Positions 8,016 to 16,302 of a DNA stretch of 64,000 nt are shown in pieces. Numbering within the stretch: position 1 is the first letter of the stretch; every line of letters starts with the position of its first letter. The notes under the pieces are model-generated. The model ran no database searches. It saw only the letters and a list, made by a program, of their open reading frames with translations, and was not told the DNA's origin. This DNA is from Actinomycetota bacterium (GTDB lineage Bacteria; Actinomycetota; UBA4738; HRBIN12): assembly GCA_035573995.1 (NCBI GenBank), contig DATLZM010000004.1, positions 7,649 to 71,648 of the forward strand, given 5' to 3'. Made by a program: the position numbers and the translations under genes.

Positions 8016-8630
8016 TTGAGGATCGAGCCTGAGTTCGAGCGGCTGTACGAGCGTGAGTTCCAGGCCGTCTATCGGGCGGTGTACCTGCTCACGGGGGACC
8101 GGGCAGCGGCGGAGGACTCCACGCAGGAGGCGTTCGCGAGGTGCCTGGAGCGGTGGAACCGGCTGGGAGACAAGCCCTGGGTGGCGGGCTGGGTGACCAC
8201 GACGGCCCTGAACCACGTCCGTCGGTCGCTCCGCCGCCGCTTCGCCTTCCTGCGGCTGCCTCCAGAAAGCTCCGCCTCCTCGTCGGACCCCGCCCCAGCG
8301 CGCTTGGAGTCTGCCGTGGCGCCGGGGCCGGAGGCCGGGGACGCCTCCCTGGACCTCTGGCGGGCGGTTCGACAGCTCCCGTCCCGCCAGCAGCAGGCGG
8401 TCGTCCTGCACTACGCGATGGACCTGCCGCTGGCGGAGGTGGCGGAGGCCATGCGGGTGAGCCAGGGGGCCGTCAAGGCCCACCTGGCCCGGGCCCGGGA
8501 GACCCTGCGGGAGCTGGTGAGGGGCGAGCCGGAGCCAGCGGAGGGCGGAGGCCCGGCCGCGCGGGGTGAGGGGGCCTCCGACCTCGGGGGTCCGGGGAGA
8601 CAGAGGAGACAGAGAGGGGGAACGAGGTGA
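8016..8630 (+). CDS. ECF-type RNA polymerase sigma factor
   Basis: Region 2 (FERLYEREFQAVYRAVYLLTGDRAAAEDSTQEAFARCLERW) and region 4 (LPSRQQQAVVLHYAMDLPLAEVAEAMRVSQGAVKAHLARARETLR). TTG start. Confidence 0.85.
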   Translation: MRIEPEFERLYEREFQAVYRAVYLLTGDRAAAEDSTQEAFARCLERWNRLGDKPWVAGWVTTTALNHVRRSLRRRFAFLRLPPESSASSSDPAPARLESAVAPGPEAGDASLDLWRAVRQLPSRQQQAVVLHYAMDLPLAEVAEAMRVSQGAVKAHLARARETLRELVRGEPEPAEGGGPAARGEGASDLGGPGRQRRQRGGTR

Positions 8631-9523
8631 GCGGAGGCAACGGCACCCGCCTCGACCTGGAGCTCGGGCGACGGCTGCGGGAGGGCCTGGAGCGGGCTCC
8701 GGCCCCCGAGCCCCTCCCCCTCGACCGGGTGGCGCGCCGGGCCCGGACCCTCCGCCTCCGCCGCCACGCGGTGGCGGCGGCCGTAGCCCTGGCGGTGGTG
8801 GCCGGCGTGGCCGTCCCGCTCGGAACCCTCCTCCGCCTCGGCCCGGCCGGGAGGGTCACCGGGGTCCCCGGGGCCGGGCCGCAGGGGCCCACTGCGACGG
8901 CGCCCCCATCCGTCCTCGAGGTGGTCTGCGACGGCAGCTCCACCACCGTCGTCAACGCCCGGGTGAAGCTCCTCCCCGACGGGGTGCACCTGCGGGTGGA
9001 CAACCGCTCCGGCGGACCCCTTTCGGTCTCGGTGCGGGCCGGGGGCCGGGGCCTGTTCGGGGTGCGGGTGCCGGCCGGGGTCTCCGAGCCCGAGCCCTCC
9101 CAGGGCGGCGGCTGGCCCGTGCCACCCGGGGTGGCCAGCGTGGGGTGCTTCCCGCGGGGACAGGACCAGGGGGACACCTCCGCGTACGCGGCCTTCGAGG
9201 TGGTGGACCCCGAGGGCCTCTGGGTCCCCTGGGACCTCCAGTGCCGGGGCACGGCGGTCACGGCCGCCATCGACCAGGCCGAGCCGCAGGGAGTGCCCGG
9301 GGACCCGGTTGAGGTGGCCCGGGAGGCGCTGGCCCCCTACGTGGGGAAGCTCGGCCCGGCCGACACCCTTGAGCGGGCCGGCCTCCCCGAGCAGGTCCCC
9401 GTCGTGGTCCGGCTGAGCAGGGACGGGAGGACCGTAGCCACCGTGGAGCTCTGGCCCGACGAGGAAGGCGGGGGCTGGGTGGTGTCCACGGTCAGCGTGT
9501 GCGAGGAGGCCCAGGCGGGCTGA
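8627..9523 (+). CDS. single-pass membrane protein, putative anti-sigma factor partner
   Basis: GTGA overlap with the sigma gene stop. Short cytoplasmic N-terminus, one TM (AVAAAVALAVVAGVAVPLGTLL) and a roughly 230-aa extracytoplasmic domain with 4 Cys. No ZAS motif seen. Confidence 0.45.
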   Translation: MSGGNGTRLDLELGRRLREGLERAPAPEPLPLDRVARRARTLRLRRHAVAAAVALAVVAGVAVPLGTLLRLGPAGRVTGVPGAGPQGPTATAPPSVLEVVCDGSSTTVVNARVKLLPDGVHLRVDNRSGGPLSVSVRAGGRGLFGVRVPAGVSEPEPSQGGGWPVPPGVASVGCFPRGQDQGDTSAYAAFEVVDPEGLWVPWDLQCRGTAVTAAIDQAEPQGVPGDPVEVAREALAPYVGKLGPADTLERAGLPEQVPVVVRLSRDGRTVATVELWPDEEGGGWVVSTVSVCEEAQAG

Positions 9524-9604
9524 GGTCCATGGGGCTGAGGCCCAGGCGGGCTGAGGCCCAGGCGGGCTGAGGCCCATGGGGCTGAGGCCCGGGCGGGCTG
9601 AGGG
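9506..9604. repeat. 15/16-nt minisatellite, about 6.3 copies
   Basis: Units gaggcccaggcgggct / gaggtccatggggct / gaggcccaggcgggct / gaggcccaggcgggct / gaggcccatggggct / gaggcccgggcgggct / gaggg. The first unit contains the stop codon (9521-9523) of the preceding CDS. Confidence 0.95.
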
Positions 9605-9623
9605 GGACCTCCCTGGGCGGACT

Positions 9624-10430
9624 TCAGACGTTGAACCGGGCGTTGGCCAGGGCCGTGGCGCAGGGGCAGTCCCGCTCGTCGGGGATGGCCCGGATGACCC
9701 GCTCCAGGAGCCCCCGGAGCCTCCCCAGGTTCCCCTGGAACACCCGGATGACTTCCTCGTGCGTGACCGGCTCGACCTCCCCCACCACGCCCACGTCGTA
9801 GTCCGTGACCAGGGAGATGTTCACGTAGCACATCTCGAGCTCCCGGGCCAGGACGGCCTCGGGGTACTGGGTCATGTTGATGACCTCCCACCCCTGGCGG
9901 GAGTAGAACTCGGACTCCGCCCGGGTGGAGAAGCGGGGCCCCTCGATGACCACCACCGTCCCCCGCTCGTGGACCGGGAGCCCGAGCTCCCTGGCCTCCT
10001 TGACGGCCACCTCCCGCAGGGTCGGGCAGTAGGGGTCGGCGAACGAGACGTGGGTGGTCTCCGGCCCGTCGTAGAACGTGGCCACCCGCCCCGAGGTCCG
10101 GTCCACCAGCTGGTCGCAGACGACGAACTCCCCCGGCCGGACGTGGGGCTGGAGGGACCCCACGGCGCAGGGTCCCAGGACCCGCTGCACCCCGAGCTGC
10201 TTGAGCGCCCACAGGTTCGCCCGGTAGGGGACCCTGTGCGGGGGGAACTGGTGCTTCTCCCCGTGCCGGGGGAGGAAGGCCACGGGCCGCCCGTCCACCG
10301 AGCCCACAGCCACGGGGGCCGAGGGCGGGCCGTAGGGGGTCTCCACCTCCACCTGGCGGACGTCCTCGAGGAAGGAGTAGAAGCCCGAACCGCCGAAGAC
10401 GCCGATCCGGACCGGCTGCTGGGTGGCCAT
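9624..10430 (-). CDS. mtnP: S-methyl-5'-thioadenosine phosphorylase
   Basis: 268 aa from ATG 10430 (residue 68 of ORF 9624..10631): VRIGVFGGSGFY...FLPRHGEKHQFPPHRVPYRANLWALKQLGV...GPRFSTRAES..INMT is the MTAP/PNP-family pattern. Confidence 0.9.
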   Translation of the reverse strand: MATQQPVRIGVFGGSGFYSFLEDVRQVEVETPYGPPSAPVAVGSVDGRPVAFLPRHGEKHQFPPHRVPYRANLWALKQLGVQRVLGPCAVGSLQPHVRPGEFVVCDQLVDRTSGRVATFYDGPETTHVSFADPYCPTLREVAVKEARELGLPVHERGTVVVIEGPRFSTRAESEFYSRQGWEVINMTQYPEAVLARELEMCYVNISLVTDYDVGVVGEVEPVTHEEVIRVFQGNLGRLRGLLERVIRAIPDERDCPCATALANARFNV

Positions 10431-10432
10431 GG

Positions 10433-10714
10433 TCAGGCCGACTTCTCCTTGGTCCCCTCCGAGGAGGTGCCGGAGGTCTCCGAGCCGCCCTCCCCCTTGG
10501 AGCCGTTGCCCGAGGACCGGCTCCCGCCCTTGCTGGAGCCGCGGGAGTCCGTCGAGTAGAAGCCGGACCCTTTGAAGACGATGCCGGCGGGGTGGAAGAC
10601 CTTTCGCAGGGGCCCACCGCAGACGCCGCACTGCGACAGGGGGGCGTCGGTGAACCGCTGGACCACCTCCAGCCGGTTACCACAGGAGGAGCAGACGTAC
10701 TCGTAGGTGGGCAC
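10433..10714 (-). CDS. FmdB-family zinc-ribbon protein with Ser/Gly-rich disordered tail (Ruc/Rv0991c-like)
   Basis: GTG 10714 gives VPTYEYVCSSCGNRLEVVQRFTDAPLSQCGVCGGPLRKVF (CxxC...CxxC), then the GSGFYSTDSRGSSKGGSRSSGNGSKGEGG tail. The stop is 2 nt from the MTAP start. Confidence 0.8.
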   Translation of the reverse strand: MPTYEYVCSSCGNRLEVVQRFTDAPLSQCGVCGGPLRKVFHPAGIVFKGSGFYSTDSRGSSKGGSRSSGNGSKGEGGSETSGTSSEGTKEKSA

Positions 10715-10720
10715 GGCTCG

Positions 10721-10726
10721 ATTATA
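10721..10726 (-). promoter_or_regulatory. perfect TATAAT -10 hexamer, implies a leaderless transcript for the zinc-ribbon gene
   Basis: Minus strand reads TCCCTATAATCGAGCCGTG. The TATAAT hexamer ends 6 nt before the GTG start at 10714 and no SD lies between them. Confidence 0.4.
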
Positions 10727-10860
10727 GGGACGCCTTCCCGCGCCCCGGCCCGGGCCCCGTTCGGCCGGGCCCGGGGACGCCAGGAGGGCGGGACCGGCCG
10801 GGGGCGGGGAGCGGGCGACGGCCGCCCTGGGATACACTGCCTTTCCCAAAGGAGGGAGCC

Positions 10861-11736
10861 ATGAAGGTGAAGAAGGCCGTCATCCCGGCGGCCGGGCTCG
10901 GGACCCGGTTCCTGCCGGCGACCAAGTCCCAGCCCAAGGAGATGCTCCCCATCGTGGACAAGCCGGCCATCCAGTACGTGGTGGAGCACGCGCTGGCCGC
11001 CGACCTGCGGGACATCCTCATCGTCACCGGCCGCGGCAAGCGGACCATCGAGGACCACTTCGACCGTTCGTTCGAGCTCGAGTACTGGCTGGAGAAGGAC
11101 GGCAAGTACGAGGAGCTCAAACAGGTCCGGGAGATCTCCGAGATGGCCGCCATCCACTACATCCGGCAGAAGGACCCGGCGGGCCTGGGGGCGGCGGTGG
11201 CCCTGGCCGAGCCCCACGTGGACGGGCAGCCGTTCGCGGTGCTCTTAGGCGACGACATCATCGCCTCCAAGACCCTCCTGCGGGAGATGCTCGAGGTCTA
11301 CGAGCGGTACGGGCGCAGCGTGATCGCGGTGAAAGAGGTGCCCCGGTCCGAGATCCCGCTGTACGGGGCGGTGGAGCCGGAGTTCGTGGAGGAGAACCTG
11401 GCCCGGATCGTGTCCATCGTGGAGAAGCCCCCGCCCGAGGAGGCTCCCTCCAACCTGGCCGCCATCGGCTGCTACGTGTTCGAACCGGAGATCTTCGAGG
11501 CCCTGCGGGAGACGCCCCCCGACGCCAAAGGCGAGGTCCAGCTCACGGACGCCATCAACCTCCTCGCCCACCAGCAGACCGTCTACGCCTACGTCTACGA
11601 GGGGGTCCGCTATGACATCGGCAAGAAGATCGACTTCCTGCGGGCCACCGTGGAGCTGGCCATCGACCGGGAGGACCTGGGCCCGGAGTTCCGGGCCTTC
11701 CTCGCCGACCTCGTCCAGCGCAAGAAGCTGATCTGA
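10861..11736 (+). CDS. galU: UTP--glucose-1-phosphate uridylyltransferase
   Basis: MKVKKAVIPAAGLGTRFLPATKSQPKEMLPIVDKPAIQYVVEHA... is the canonical GalU N-terminus. AAGGAGGGAGCC precedes the ATG. Confidence 0.95.
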   Translation: MKVKKAVIPAAGLGTRFLPATKSQPKEMLPIVDKPAIQYVVEHALAADLRDILIVTGRGKRTIEDHFDRSFELEYWLEKDGKYEELKQVREISEMAAIHYIRQKDPAGLGAAVALAEPHVDGQPFAVLLGDDIIASKTLLREMLEVYERYGRSVIAVKEVPRSEIPLYGAVEPEFVEENLARIVSIVEKPPPEEAPSNLAAIGCYVFEPEIFEALRETPPDAKGEVQLTDAINLLAHQQTVYAYVYEGVRYDIGKKIDFLRATVELAIDREDLGPEFRAFLADLVQRKKLI

Positions 11737-11742
11737 GCGGCC

Positions 11743-13020
11743 ATGGCCGAGCGGGCACGGGCGGACGTGCGCGAGGGCCTGGAGCATCGACACGAGGGCG
11801 ACCTCCGGGACGTGGAGGAGGTCCGGGCGGAGGTCCTGGACAGGGTGCGCCCCCTGGCCCCCATCGAGCTGCCGCTGCAGGAGGCCTGGGGGTGCGTCCT
11901 GGCCCGGACCGTGACCGCCGAGCTGGACCTCCCCCCGTTCTCCTCCTCGGCCATGGACGGGTTCGCCGTCCGGGCCGCGGACGTGGCCGAGGCCGGCCCC
12001 GAGCGACCCGTCACTCTGCGGGTCGTGGGGCGGGCCGTGGTGGGCAGGCGGCCCGAGGACGTGGTGGGGGCGGGGGAGGCGGTGCGCATCGCCACCGGCG
12101 CCCCCATCCCGGCGGGCGCGGACGCCGTGGTCCCCATCGAGCAGTGCCTCCCCGAAGGGGAGGTGGTCCACGTCCTGGCCCCGGTGGCGGAGGGGACCCA
12201 CATCCGCCCGGCGGGGCAGGACGTCCGGGCGGGCTCGGTGGTGGTCCCCGAGGGCCGGCGGCTGGGGGCCCCCGAGCTGGGGCTCCTGGCCAGCTCGGGG
12301 CACGCCTCGGTCCTGGTCCACCCCCGGCCCCGGGTGGTGGTGATCTCCACCGGCAACGAGCTGGTCGAACCGGGCAGGCCCGCCCCCTTCGGGATGATCC
12401 GGGACGCCAACTCCTACACCCTCCTGGGCGCGCTCCGGGAGGCGGGGGCCGTGCCCTTCCTGGCCGGCATCATCCGGGACGACGTGGAGGCCCTCCGGGA
12501 GGAGGTCCTGGAGTGGTCGGGTCGGGCCGACTGCTTCATCAGCTCCGGCGGGGTATCGGTGGGGGAGGCCGACGTGGTGAAGCAGGCCTTCTTCCGCCGG
12601 GGGGACATCCGCTTCTACCGGGTGGCCATGCAGCCGGGGATGCCGCAGGGCTTCGGGACCATCGACGGCGTCCCGTACTTCGGGCTGCCCGGCAACCCCG
12701 TGTCGGTGTTCGTCTCGTTCGAGGTGTTCATCCGGCCGGCCCTGCTCAAGATGATGGGGCGGAAGGAGCTGTTCCGGCCCGAGGTGAACGCGGTCCTCGA
12801 GACCGACATCACGGGGCCCAAGGACAAGACCCAGTTCGCCCGGGTCCGGGTATGGCGGGAGCGGGGGCAGTGGCGGGCCGCCAGCACCGGGCCGTCCGCC
12901 TCCAACCTCCTCTCCACCGTGGCCAAGGCCAACGGCCTGGCCATCGTGCCCCGGGGGGTGGAGACGGTCCGGGCGGGGACCAAGGTCCGGGTCATGGTGT
13001 TCCGGCCCCTGGAGGAGTGA
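11743..13020 (+). CDS. moeA: molybdopterin molybdotransferase MoeA (gephyrin E-domain family; possible Glp)
   Basis: 425-aa ORF: PPFSSSAMDGFAVRAAD...RIATGAPIPAGADAVVPIE...ISTGNELVEPG...IRDANSYTL...ISSGGVSVGEADVVK...VAMQPGMPQGFG are MoeA motifs. Confidence 0.9.
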   Translation: MAERARADVREGLEHRHEGDLRDVEEVRAEVLDRVRPLAPIELPLQEAWGCVLARTVTAELDLPPFSSSAMDGFAVRAADVAEAGPERPVTLRVVGRAVVGRRPEDVVGAGEAVRIATGAPIPAGADAVVPIEQCLPEGEVVHVLAPVAEGTHIRPAGQDVRAGSVVVPEGRRLGAPELGLLASSGHASVLVHPRPRVVVISTGNELVEPGRPAPFGMIRDANSYTLLGALREAGAVPFLAGIIRDDVEALREEVLEWSGRADCFISSGGVSVGEADVVKQAFFRRGDIRFYRVAMQPGMPQGFGTIDGVPYFGLPGNPVSVFVSFEVFIRPALLKMMGRKELFRPEVNAVLETDITGPKDKTQFARVRVWRERGQWRAASTGPSASNLLSTVAKANGLAIVPRGVETVRAGTKVRVMVFRPLEE

Positions 13021-13021
13021 G

Positions 13022-13558
13022 GTGCTGAGCGCTCGGGGGCCGGAAGCGCGGGAGGCGAACGCGGCCCGGGCCGAACGGACGGGCCCGGGAGCCAGGCGGG
13101 AGGCGGCCGAGGCCCGGCCGGCCCGGATGGTCCAGGTGGGGGCCAAGGAGGTCACGGCCCGGGAGGCCACGGCCGAGTGCACGGTGCACATGACCCCCGA
13201 GGCCTGCGCCGCCCTAGTCCAGGGGACCCCCAAGGGCGACCCGCTGGAGGCGGCCAAGGTGGCGGGGCTCCTCGCGGCCAAGCGCACCCCCGACCTCCTC
13301 CCGTTCTGCCACCCGGTGGCCATCACCGGGGCCACCGTGGTCCTGGAGCCCGACCCGGAGCGGGGGACGGTGCGGGTGGAAGCCACGGTGACCGCCAACG
13401 ACCGCACGGGGGTGGAGATGGAGGCCCTCACCGCGGCGGCGGTGGCCGCCCTGTCCGTCTACGACGCGGCCAAGGCCTACGACCGCTCGGCCGAGGTCCA
13501 GGGCCTCCGGCTGCTCCGAAAGGCCGGGGGAAAGAGCGGAGAGTACCGCCGGGCCTGA
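13022..13558 (+). CDS. moaC: cyclic pyranopterin monophosphate synthase MoaC
   Basis: RMVQVGAKEVTAREATA...GDPLEAAKVAGLLAAKRTPDLLPFCHPVAITG...TGVEMEALTAAAVAALSVYDAAKA is the MoaC pattern. GTG start lies 1 nt after the moeA stop. Confidence 0.85.
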   Translation: MLSARGPEAREANAARAERTGPGARREAAEARPARMVQVGAKEVTAREATAECTVHMTPEACAALVQGTPKGDPLEAAKVAGLLAAKRTPDLLPFCHPVAITGATVVLEPDPERGTVRVEATVTANDRTGVEMEALTAAAVAALSVYDAAKAYDRSAEVQGLRLLRKAGGKSGEYRRA

Positions 13559-13747
13559 AAGGGGCTCCGGTCCCTCCACACGAGCGCCCATCCGGCCCGG
13601 TTCGGCCAGCGTCCGAGGTGGAACGCCCGGGGCCGTCGCGCGAAATCCGGGCCCGGAAATCCCAGGCCCCTCCAGATCTCGGTGCTACGCTGCGGTCCCA
13701 GCCCAGATGTTGCGGTTCGGGCCCCGGGCCGGGGCCGGGAGGGCTGG

Positions 13748-14323
13748 GTGCTGAGTTGGCTTCTCGTGGCGGTCTTGTGCATGATGTGGGCCGCGTTCCT
13801 CCTCCCTTCGGTACGACGCTCTCCGGTGGCGAGCGTCGAGGAGTTCGAGCGACGGATGAACTTCCTGGCAGAGGCGCAGCGCCGGGGGCCGGGGCGGTGG
13901 GTCCTGGTCCCCCAGAAGGGGCAGCGGTTCCTGGGGCCGCGGGTGCGGGAGCGGCTCCGAGTCCGCCACCGGCGGCGCCGGCTCTTCGTCCTCTTGCTCG
14001 AAGCCCTCGGCCTGAGCCTCCTCATGGGGCTGTTCCCGCCCCTGCGGGGCATGCTCTACGGCTCGGCCGTCCTGGGCGGGCTCCTGCTCGGCTACACCTT
14101 CTTCCTCCTCCGGCTCCGGGCGGAGGAGGTGGCGAGGGCCAGGCGACGGGCCCGGGTCGCCCGTCGGGCACGCCGGGCCGTGGTGAGCGCTTCCTACCCG
14201 GCGGCGAGGGCCCCGGTGGGGAGCCCCCGGCCCACGGGGACGAACGGTCACCGGGGCCAGGTCCTCGACGAGGACGTCCACGTGGTGGTCCGCCGGGTGG
14301 GCGGGATGCGGGGGGTCGGCTAG
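13748..14323 (+). CDS. membrane protein resembling actinobacterial GlpR/SepX (divisome receptor of gephyrin-like Glp)
   Basis: GTG 13748 (GGGAGGG 4 nt upstream; the ORF could also start at 13682). N-terminal TM VLSWLLVAVLCMMWAAFLLPSVRR followed by SVEEFERRMNFL, then 2 more TMs and an Arg-rich tail. The pattern and the position next to galU-moeA fit SepX/GlpR as I recall it. Confidence 0.45.
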   Translation: MLSWLLVAVLCMMWAAFLLPSVRRSPVASVEEFERRMNFLAEAQRRGPGRWVLVPQKGQRFLGPRVRERLRVRHRRRRLFVLLLEALGLSLLMGLFPPLRGMLYGSAVLGGLLLGYTFFLLRLRAEEVARARRRARVARRARRAVVSASYPAARAPVGSPRPTGTNGHRGQVLDEDVHVVVRRVGGMRGVG

Positions 14324-14374
14324 GCCGCCGCCAGCTCCTGGTCAGCGCCCTCCGCCTGTAGAACAATCGCCCCG

Positions 14375-15040
14375 GTGGACCTATCGGCGCTGGCTTCGGA
14401 ATTCCAGCGGCAGCTCGACGAGAAGATGGCCGCTCGGGAGCGGGCCCTGGCGGCGGCCCGGCGGGCCATCCGCTCCTCGGCCAACGCCATCCGGGCCATC
14501 CACCGGGGGGAGTTCGAGGTGGCGCACCGGCTCATGGACGAGGCCCGGGGGGCGCTCGCGGAGGGGGAGGCCGCGGTCCGCCAAGCGCACCCCGATGTCT
14601 ACTTCGCCGGGTTCCTCCAGGACGCCCAGAAGGAGTACGCCGAGGCCAGGCTGGTGGAGGCGCTGGTCACCGAGGCCGAACTGCCTCCGCCCGAGGGGCT
14701 CGGGGTGGACCTCGCTCCCTACCTCAACGGGATGGCCGAGGCCATCGGGGAGGGGCGGCGGGCCATCCTCGACCTCCTCCGCCGAGGCGAGGTCGGGCGG
14801 AGCGAGCGGCTGCTGGCGGCCATGGAGGACATCTACTACCTGCTCGTGTCCATGGACTACCCGGACGCCATCACCGGGAACCTCAGACGGTCCACGGACG
14901 CCGCCCGGGCCATCATCGAGCGGACCCGAGGGGACCTGTCGGTCACCTTGGTCCAGCAGCGCCTCCACGACGCCCTGGAGCGCCACGCCCGGGACGTGCT
15001 CGGCGACCCGGGGCCGGGCGGGGCCGCTACACGACCCTGA
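14375..15040 (+). CDS. translin-family protein (COG2178-like)
   Basis: 221-aa all-helical ORF. ...YLNGMAEAIGEGRRAILDLLRRGEVGRSERLLAAMEDIYYLLVSMDYPDAITGNLRRSTDAARAIIERTRGDL matches the translin/TRAX C-terminal signature. Confidence 0.55.
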   Translation: MDLSALASEFQRQLDEKMAARERALAAARRAIRSSANAIRAIHRGEFEVAHRLMDEARGALAEGEAAVRQAHPDVYFAGFLQDAQKEYAEARLVEALVTEAELPPPEGLGVDLAPYLNGMAEAIGEGRRAILDLLRRGEVGRSERLLAAMEDIYYLLVSMDYPDAITGNLRRSTDAARAIIERTRGDLSVTLVQQRLHDALERHARDVLGDPGPGGAATRP

Positions 15041-15905
15041 GCCCCTCCAGGAAGGCGTCGGCCAGGGCCTGGTCCCCCTCGACCACGAGCCTCCCCCCGG
15101 CCCTGAGGTCCTCGAACGAGTCCCTCCCCGCGGCGGCCATGACGAAGGCGGGGCCGGGGGCGCTGATTCGGGTTCCGGCCTGGGCCCGGGCCCCGGCCTC
15201 GACCCGGGCCCCGGCCTCGACCCGGGCCCCGGGCTCCGCGGCCGGGCCATCCGGCCCGGAGCGCCGCGGCCCGAACGCCCCCGTCGCGAGGTCGAACCAC
15301 CACTCGGGGAGGGGGACGCCCTCCAGGGACAGGACCACCGTGCCGGTGAGCCCTCGGAGGGTCCGGGCCCGGTCGAGCCCGACGGCCACGAGCAGGAACC
15401 CCGCCACCACGGCCAGGTCCACCTCCTCGTCGCCCAGGCCCAGGGCCCGCCGGACGTCCTGCCGATGGGTCCACTCGTCGTACGCCCTCGACCAGAGGAG
15501 GAGGCCGGCCGGGGCCCGCCCCCAGGGCGTGGGGACCGACAGGCGGTAGAGGGCCTCGGGGAGGGCCGAGGCCAGGGCCGTGAGCCGCCGTCCCCACCGC
15601 TCGAGGCCCAGGAGCAGTTCCGGCACGGGTCGGTCGGCCCACGCCGGGACCTGGCGGTCGTTCCAACGCTCCAGGGCCTCGGTCGAGCCCCGCCCCACCA
15701 GGACGGGGAAGACGGAGCCCGTGACCGCCCCCCGGTCGAGGGTGACGAGGTGGGCCACGACCTCCCGGACCCGCCAGCCGGGGAGGGCCGTGGGGGTGTC
15801 GAAGGCCTGCTCGTCCAGGCCGTAGAGCAGCCCGAGCGTGGCCCGGCGCTGGAGCCGCACCTCCCGGACCAGCTCGGCCTTGTCGACCAGCCTACGGAGG
15901 TCCAC
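15027..15905 (-). CDS. maleylpyruvate isomerase-family mycothiol-dependent enzyme (DinB/MDMPI_N) with SCP2-like C-terminus
   Basis: LPGWRVREVVAHLV...WTHRQDVRRALG (DinB-fold metal site), then ...MAAAGRDSFEDLRAGGRLVVEGDQALADAFL. Contains an in-frame hexapeptide repeat. Confidence 0.7.
   Translation of the reverse strand: MDLRRLVDKAELVREVRLQRRATLGLLYGLDEQAFDTPTALPGWRVREVVAHLVTLDRGAVTGSVFPVLVGRGSTEALERWNDRQVPAWADRPVPELLLGLERWGRRLTALASALPEALYRLSVPTPWGRAPAGLLLWSRAYDEWTHRQDVRRALGLGDEEVDLAVVAGFLLVAVGLDRARTLRGLTGTVVLSLEGVPLPEWWFDLATGAFGPRRSGPDGPAAEPGARVEAGARVEAGARAQAGTRISAPGPAFVMAAAGRDSFEDLRAGGRLVVEGDQALADAFLEGLRVV
15177..15230. repeat. 3 x 18-bp in-frame tandem repeat inside the DinB-family CDS
   Basis: ggcctgggcccgggcccc / ggcctcgacccgggcccc / ggcctcgacccgggcccc, encoding GARVEAGARVEAGARAQA on the minus strand. 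Confidence 0.9.
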
Positions 15906-15912
15906 GCTCGGC

Positions 15913-16302
15913 CTACCGAGCGGGCGGGGGAAACGGCTGGGTCGGCTCGGTGGGCGAGGGGCCCGGGCCCGGGGGCGGTGGAGGGGCGGGCGGGCCCTGG
16001 ACCTGCCCCTGGGGGGCGGGGGGTGGCGGAGGCGCCGGCGGGCCCTGGGACTGCCCCTGGGTGGGGGTCGGCCAGCCCAGGAGGACCGCCCGGCGCTCCA
16101 GGAACTCCTCCCGGCTGATCTCCCCCCTCGCGTAGCGCTCCTCCAGGAGCTCGAGGGCCGGGGACCTGGTCATCCGCTGCCGCAGGTCCGGCAGCTCCCG
16201 GCGGAGGAGGTGGACGACGAGCGCGATGACCACGATCCAGAAGGCCAGGCTGGCCAGGCCGGCCGCCCACCCCCAGTCAGGGCCCCACCACCACCAGAAC
16301 AT
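15913..16302 (-). CDS. SHOCT-domain membrane protein with Pro-rich repetitive tail
   Basis: 129 aa from ATG 16302: MFWWWWGPDWGW + TM + ALELLEERYARGEISREEFLERR (SHOCT) + QGQSQGPPAPPPPPAPQGQVQGPPAPPPPPGPGP. Confidence 0.7.
   Translation of the reverse strand: MFWWWWGPDWGWAAGLASLAFWIVVIALVVHLLRRELPDLRQRMTRSPALELLEERYARGEISREEFLERRAVLLGWPTPTQGQSQGPPAPPPPPAPQGQVQGPPAPPPPPGPGPSPTEPTQPFPPPAR

Noticed and set aside
5883-8483. 866-aa minus-strand ORF spanning the glycosyltransferase, SAF and sigma genes
   Set aside because: It has no protein-like composition or motifs. It is antisense to the GT-C and sigma genes and out of frame with the SAF/CpaB gene.
9506-9604. Possible CRISPR array
   Set aside because: The units are contiguous 15/16-mers with no spacers and no cas genes nearby, so this is a minisatellite and not a CRISPR array.
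11245-13431. 728-aa minus-strand ORF
   Set aside because: It is antisense to galU, moeA and moaC, all of which have canonical motifs. Its composition is non-protein-like.
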